This document shows positions 58,284 to 64,000 of a stretch of 64,000 nt of DNA, piece by piece (position 1 is the stretch's first letter; the number at the start of each line of letters is the position of its first letter). Made by a program: the position numbers and the translations under genes. The notes beneath the pieces are model-generated. The model had not been told where the DNA came from, ran no database searches, and saw only the letters and a list, made by a program, of their open reading frames with translations. The DNA is taken from NCBI GenBank assembly GCA_002269645.1, contig NIVC01000658.1, positions 62,001 to 126,000 on the forward strand, in the 5' to 3' direction. This DNA comes from Macrostomum lignano (taxonomy: Eukaryota).

Positions 58284-58350
58284 GAGCTAGCCTAAATGTG
58301 AACACACTGGACTGCTAATGCAGCAACCTGGGTTCAAATCTTAGTAGTGT
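58284..58350 (+). other. Possible degenerate tRNA/SINE head
   Basis: tagcctaaatg (A-box-like) .. gggttcaaatc (B-box-like). Confidence 0.3.
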
Positions 58351-58419
58351 AAATAAAAGTAGCATAATTTTTATTGAATGCTTTTATTAAAGGACTAATT
58401 AAAAAGACCTGGATTATGG

Positions 58420-59035
58420 CCCTTGATAAACCTAGGATTACTACACTTGATAAACAAAGGATTACTGCACTTGATAAACAAAGGATTACTGCACTTGATA
58501 AACTAAGGATTATTGCACTTGATTAGCCAATGATTATTGCACTTGATAAGCCAAGGATTACTGCACTTGATAAACCAAGGATTAATGCACTTGATAAGCC
58601 AAGGATTACTGCACTTGATAAACCAAGGATTACTGCACTTGATAAACCAAGGATTTCTGCACTTGATAAACCAAGGATTACTGCACTTGATAAACCAAGG
58701 ATTACTGCACTTGATAAACCAAGGATTATTGCACTTGATAAACCAAGGATTACTATGCTTGATAAACCAAATATTATTGCATTTGATAAACTAAGGATTA
58801 TTGCACTTGATAAACCAAGGATTATTGCACTTGATAAACCAAGGATTACTATGCTTGATAAATCAAATATTATTGCATTTGATAAACTAAGGATTATTGC
58901 ACTTGATAAACCAAGGATTATTGCACTTGATAACCTAAGGATTATTGCACTTGATAAACCTAGGATACTATGCTTGATAAACCAAGGAATATTGCATTTG
59001 AAAAGCCAATGATTATTGCACTTGATAAGTCAAAG
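58420..59035. repeat. 24-bp minisatellite (ggattattgcacttgataaacca-a) in HPRT intron 1
   Basis: About 25 copies, degenerating at both ends. Confidence 0.95.
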
Positions 59036-60344
59036 ATCATTGTACTTTGATAATAAGGAATGTTGCACTAGATAAACCAAGGAATATTGCACTAGAAAGG
59101 GCTATTGCACTAGCTGAGACATCAATTTTTGGACTTGATGAGTAAAGGATTATTTCACTAGCTGAGAAGTTGATTATTGTGCTGTCTAAAAAAGATATTA
59201 TTGTGTTAGCTAAGACAGATTATTGCACAACCTGAGAAAGTGATTATTGCATTAACAGAGGTAACATTTGCACTAGCTACTTGCTGTCTGGTGGATCATA
59301 CATGCCCAACACCTGTCTAACCTGTCCTAGAACCAGATGGAAATGGCCACGAGCCAAGGTGTCACAAAATGAAAAATGGGAAAAACAAAAATTTGGGAGA
59401 AGAAAGTAAGGAGAGGAAGAGAAAAGTAAAAGAAAGGAGAAAGAAAAGAGAGAGGAGAAAGAGGAAAAAGAAAGAAAAAGAAAAGAAAAGAAAAGAAAGC
59501 AAGAAAAGTCATAAAAAGTGAAAACTAAGTTGCAATCGAGAGGAACTAAGTCACAAATCTGGACAAAACTAAGTTGCACCAGATGGGTAAAATTTTGAGG
59601 TTGGGCATGTATGTGGTGGATGCTTGCTCTCGAGGGGGATAATTGCTATTTGGAAGAGGGGTATTGGCTACATGTATGGGATTCTTTCTATCCAGGGATG
59701 CTTGCTATTTAGAGATTCTTGCTATCTGCAAGATGCTTGCTATCTAGGTGGATGCTTCTATCTATGGGATGCTTGCTATCTATAGGATTCTTGCTATCTG
59801 GGTGGATGCTTCTATCTATGGGATGCTTGCTATCTATGGGATGCTTGCTATCTGTTGTCTATTTGTTAATTTTAGAAAAAAAAGGATTTATAACAAATAT
59901 CAGTGTCTGTGACAATTTTAAATAAATAAGGCAATTTTTAAAAGTGAAGAAGAAATTGGTTTTTAGGAAATTGTGCTTTTTAATTGTTTTCTATGAACTA
60001 TTTTTGCTCCTTGCTTATTGGGCACCCCAAAGGGGGGCCATACTAGTATGGCTAGTTTTCTCATTTTTGTTTCCAATTATTTTTAAAAGAGCTTTTGTTA
60101 TGACAAAATATTCACTATATTTAATATAGTGAATATTTAACTACACCATATATACTAGACCTGAACTTGGCCATTTTTGTATGCCAACTGTGTTATGTGT
60201 AGACTTAATATTGAGCCTAAAAATTATATATATTAAATGTATACTAAGATTATCAATGAGAACAAAAATATGCCAGAATTTTCTGGCATAAAGGCCACCT
60301 TCTAGACAATGGGCAATGTCTATAATGTAGAATATATCTATAGG

Positions 60345-61005
60345 GGTAACAGTCCACTTTGGTAACAGCCATTTCGGTAACAGCCACTTTGGTAACAAGT
60401 GAGAATAATATAATATGCATTAATTGATATGCTTCGAAAGGATGTGCGAACAAACTTTAAAGAAAGAATGACAAAACACATGTGTACCTGCATGTGTTTA
60501 ACTTGTTTTAAAGTGTTTTAACCAATCTATTTTAATTTCCGGATGAGTCAGATTATGTGCACCCGAGACATCCTGTAATTGACCAAATTTTGTGACCATG
60601 TACATTGGAATCTCTGATCTAGTTAGCGAATAATGACTTAAAATCACAGAATCTACTTTTTTCTTCATTAATTATTTTAAAAAATTCCATTTCAATGAAT
60701 GTATGGGAGCTATATAGCTAGCTCGCTTTGCTTAATTTTATTTGCCTTTAAATGTTTCACAAAATTACTGCGCAAGTTTAAACAAAGTATAATATAGCTT
60801 AACTAGAAAGTTTAATGATATGTGCAATAAGACATTTGAAATGTTAATTAATAAACTAATTATTTCCAAACCTAATTATCATAAAAATATAGTGTTGACA
60901 GTTGTAAATCTGCTTTGTTACCAAAGTGGCAGTTACCAAAGTATTCATTTTTTGTTACCGAAGTGGCTGTTACTGAAATGGCTGTTACCGAAGTGGATTG
61001 TATTC
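60345..61005. mobile_element. Non-autonomous DNA transposon with 9-bp TSD (Mutator-like MITE)
   Basis: TSD atctatagg at 60336-60344 and 61006-61014; about 55-bp TIRs built of ggtaacagccacttt repeats. Confidence 0.8.
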
Positions 61006-61416
61006 ATCTATAGGTCACTGGGTAAATAGGGTGTTTTTACACAATAGAAGGTAAATTTCAAAATGGACCTAGTATACAACAATGTACAACAGAGAGAGGC
61101 AGAACAAAATGACAAAAAGTGATGCAAAGCAAAAAAAGATTTTTTAAACAATATAATAACAATAATATTATTATTATGCAATACTTAAAATAGCTAAATA
61201 TGTTTGATAGACTTAGCAAATTTCAACTTATTTTACAGTTAGGCCTACTATAAAAAATAGAACATTTGCTAAAAACAATTAACAATACTTTCTTAATAGT
61301 GCCTTTTTTGAAATTATTTAATATGCTGGCTTGGCATTGGCATTGCTTTAGAAGCTTAAGCCAAGTTGTTACTTTTAGCTAAGCATTTTTAGTAACATTA
61401 TTTTATATGATGATCA

Positions 61417-62207
61417 GGCAATCTTCAAGTTTTGTTCGTTAAATTATTTTTTCAATGATTTCTGAACTATCTTGCTCTGAGATGATTATTTTCGAGCTCT
61501 CCAGTGTACCCAGCCCTTTCCTAGCTGAGAAAGTAGCAGCTTTGTTAATATTATATATCTAATGTACCGTAAAGCCGTTGGTAGGCAAAGGAATGTCTAT
61601 GGCCCATATTACGGTAACGTAATGATGATGTGGCTTTCACTGACGTGGCATTTTAGCAAAGAACGTCTATGGGGAATAAAGATGCTATTGTACACAGCTT
61701 TAGGAGTGGCATGGAGTAATATCATAAGCAGTTAATAGACAAGCAGCTAATACACTATAAGACTAATACACTATAGCAGGATGACCAGCGGCACCCACTT
61801 TTATTGTACCAGTAGCACAAGTGCAACCAGCTGCAGCTTTGTGTGACATCACCTTGACAATGCGGGAACTAGCTGTGATTATGGCAACAACAAGGGATAC
61901 CATGAATTGGATGGCCAAATACTATCTAATTGCCAACCAGCAAATGTGTGCCAATTGTCCGGCCACTCAACTTCAGCTGCAGCTCCGTCAAGGTGACCGC
62001 TTTACTGATGGCTACATGTTAGCTTTGCTTGTTTGCATCTTATATTTCTGGCTTTATGGTACGTTAGAGGTTAATATTAACAAAGCTGCTACTTTCTCAG
62101 CTAGGAAAGGGCTGGGTACACTGGAGAGCTCGAAAATAATCATCTGAGAGCAAGATAGTTCAGAAATCATTGAAAAAATAATTTAACGAATGAAACTTGA
62201 AGATTGG
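61417..62207 (+). mobile_element. Merlin (IS1016/ISXO2-like) internally deleted DNA transposon
   Basis: About 160-bp near-perfect TIRs (61417-61578 / 62049-62207) starting GG; 9-bp near-TSD tgatgatca / tgataatca; internal ORF remnant TMNWMAKYYLIANQQMCANC..LQLRQGDRFTDGY resembles the Merlin transposase N-terminal CxxC..DG region. Confidence 0.62.
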
Positions 62208-62769
62208 TGATAATCATTGTTGCTAACACAAGTATATAAGGTACATTCCTCAGTTTGCAACTATGTCTACATTGCAAACATTTTTATTAGCTACCTCAAT
62301 TTTTTGGTCATGGTGGAATCTATTTACATTTGAAGTTTGATGAAGTTTCAGTTTCAGCAAGGAAAAAAAACTGCTAGATATGTTAAGCCTAATTTTTAGG
62401 GATACAACAAGAGCTTCAACAAGTGCTACGTGCACAAACTGAGTAGGCCTACAGTTTGAAAATCATACATGCGCAACTGCTGGCTGACCTGGCCAATCTG
62501 GCCACCGTAAATTGTGGTGGACCAGGGCAGGGGAAAGTCGCAAAAATGCCCACCCCAAAAAATATAGATGTAGGCCTAGTACCTAGTACTATAATTAGAT
62601 GACTAATACATTTATTTTTTTAAAATAAATAATGTTAACTGAGACTATAGATGCCTATGTTTTATGTACTATATCTTTCGATATAGGCCTAGCAAACGTC
62701 ATAACGTGAATGTAAAACTTGAATTTGACTGCGTCTAGACGCTAGGCCTAACTTTGTTGCCTGACTTAC

Positions 62770-62805
62770 AATGATGGCCGACTTCTGGGGTCCTTGTTGT
62801 GCCAT
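62770..62805 (-). CDS. HPRT1: HPRT exon 1 (36 nt)
   Basis: ATG GCA CAA CAA GGA CCC CAG AAG TCG GCC ATC ATT |gtaagt; phase 0 joins IPDEPP; total 228 aa. Confidence 0.72.
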
Positions 62806-64000
62806 AGTTGTTTGTTTCAAGACTGAATTGAATGCTTAAGCAATAGAAACTGAAAATAGCGGAAAACTAAATAAAATAAAGTGGAATATAGACGTACGTC
62901 TAAATATACTAAATACGATACTAAATGGGACAATAAGGGCGCGAGCAAATTAAAAAATATATATTAAAATGAATATTGAAATTGTGCTTTTCCAAGAAAT
63001 ACTAATGTTTTAAATGAATGCCTATCTATTTGTACAGCAATTCTGAAATAAAATTAAATTGAGGGTTCTTTTTAATATCATCGCATGTAACTAAAATCAA
63101 GCTAGAAGTTAATGTTGCTATTCTTTATTTTGACACTTATCTGCGATTGATCGGATTACTATTTTTTGTAACGAGGAAATCTCTCAACGATAGATCAGAG
63201 CCAAGGACCACTGTATATAACTGTTTTATACACTGGTACTTGATCAGAGCTACAGCTGATATCTCCCTAACTGTGTTGTAAGTACCGAAGACATTGAAAC
63301 GCATTTCTGATGATCTATGAGTTGGAGCTGGTGCAGGCTGCAGCTCCCATATTTTCAGTCAGCCCATCTTATTATACAAAATATTTTGTATCCAGTCTTA
63401 AATTGTAAGAACAACTAATTGCTTCTGTTTTATGGATGCGTGCATCAAGGGTCGATGACTGCACATTCATAAAGAGTAGTCGGAGTCAGCAAATAATTAC
63501 CCACACGAGCCCACAAAAGCAAACTCTAGCTACGATCGATACATGTAGGTTTACTGTAGTTATAGCTCGTTTCCAACACACCTCCGGCCACTCAAAAAAC
63601 CGAAAAGCGAGCTAGTTGTTTGTACATGTACGTACTGCAAGTAGCTGTAAGCGCATGATTAGCAAAAATTTTGAAACATTATTCTTCATTTAAGTTTTTT
63701 CAGCTACTCTATCCCAAGGACGATATATTGAAGATTAAATTATACAATGTATATGTGCATATAAAGTTAGTCCTCGCATTCTTTTCCTATACACAAATAG
63801 TGTGCTATGTGTAAATAATTTTGGCGGTCGTAAATGTGTAAATTACATATGATAATCAAATTGAAGGATATGCAGTTGTACGTCTGTCTTTGCTGTCGGA
63901 TTGCGTGCTGGAAATTTCCCTCTGTTGGCTGTCAAGCAGAATTTGCCTCTATGTACGCAGCACACGAAAGATTTTGGGAAATTAGCTTTCTGCGGCTGCT

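Overview
Eukaryotic (metazoan invertebrate) genomic DNA, not prokaryotic. It has spliceosomal introns, GC-rich exons in AT-rich surroundings, an interstitial (TTAGGG)n tract and very dense minisatellites. The style resembles a free-living flatworm such as Macrostomum, but that is inference only. Bases 1-5300 hold part of a decayed Polinton/Maverick (adintovirus-like) element: a frameshifted protein-primed PolB with an endonuclease VII insert, a frameshifted retroviral-type integrase, an intact adenovirus pX-like ORF and an intact parvovirus-type PLA2 ORF. Bases 7313-10790 are a single-ORF I-group (Ingi-like) non-LTR retrotransposon with a 10-bp TSD, a (GAA)10 tail, an HDV-like ribozyme fold starting at its first base, and a frameshift that uncouples the CCHC finger where an RNase H would be expected. 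Host genes are PPCS (3 exons, -), a Trx2-like thioredoxin with an Arf-like N-terminus (+), an SLC22/MFS transporter (5 exons, one GC-AG intron, +), two intronless GST paralogues (-), a FAM122/PABIR-like gene (-) and HPRT (6 exons, -). There are also KDM3/JMJD1 pseudo-exons, a 28S rRNA-like fragment at the R2 target site, hAT-, Mutator- and Merlin-type non-autonomous DNA transposons, tRNA-derived SINE remnants and about 20 tandem arrays. No CRISPR. All family assignments come from motif recognition by eye; no database searches were run.
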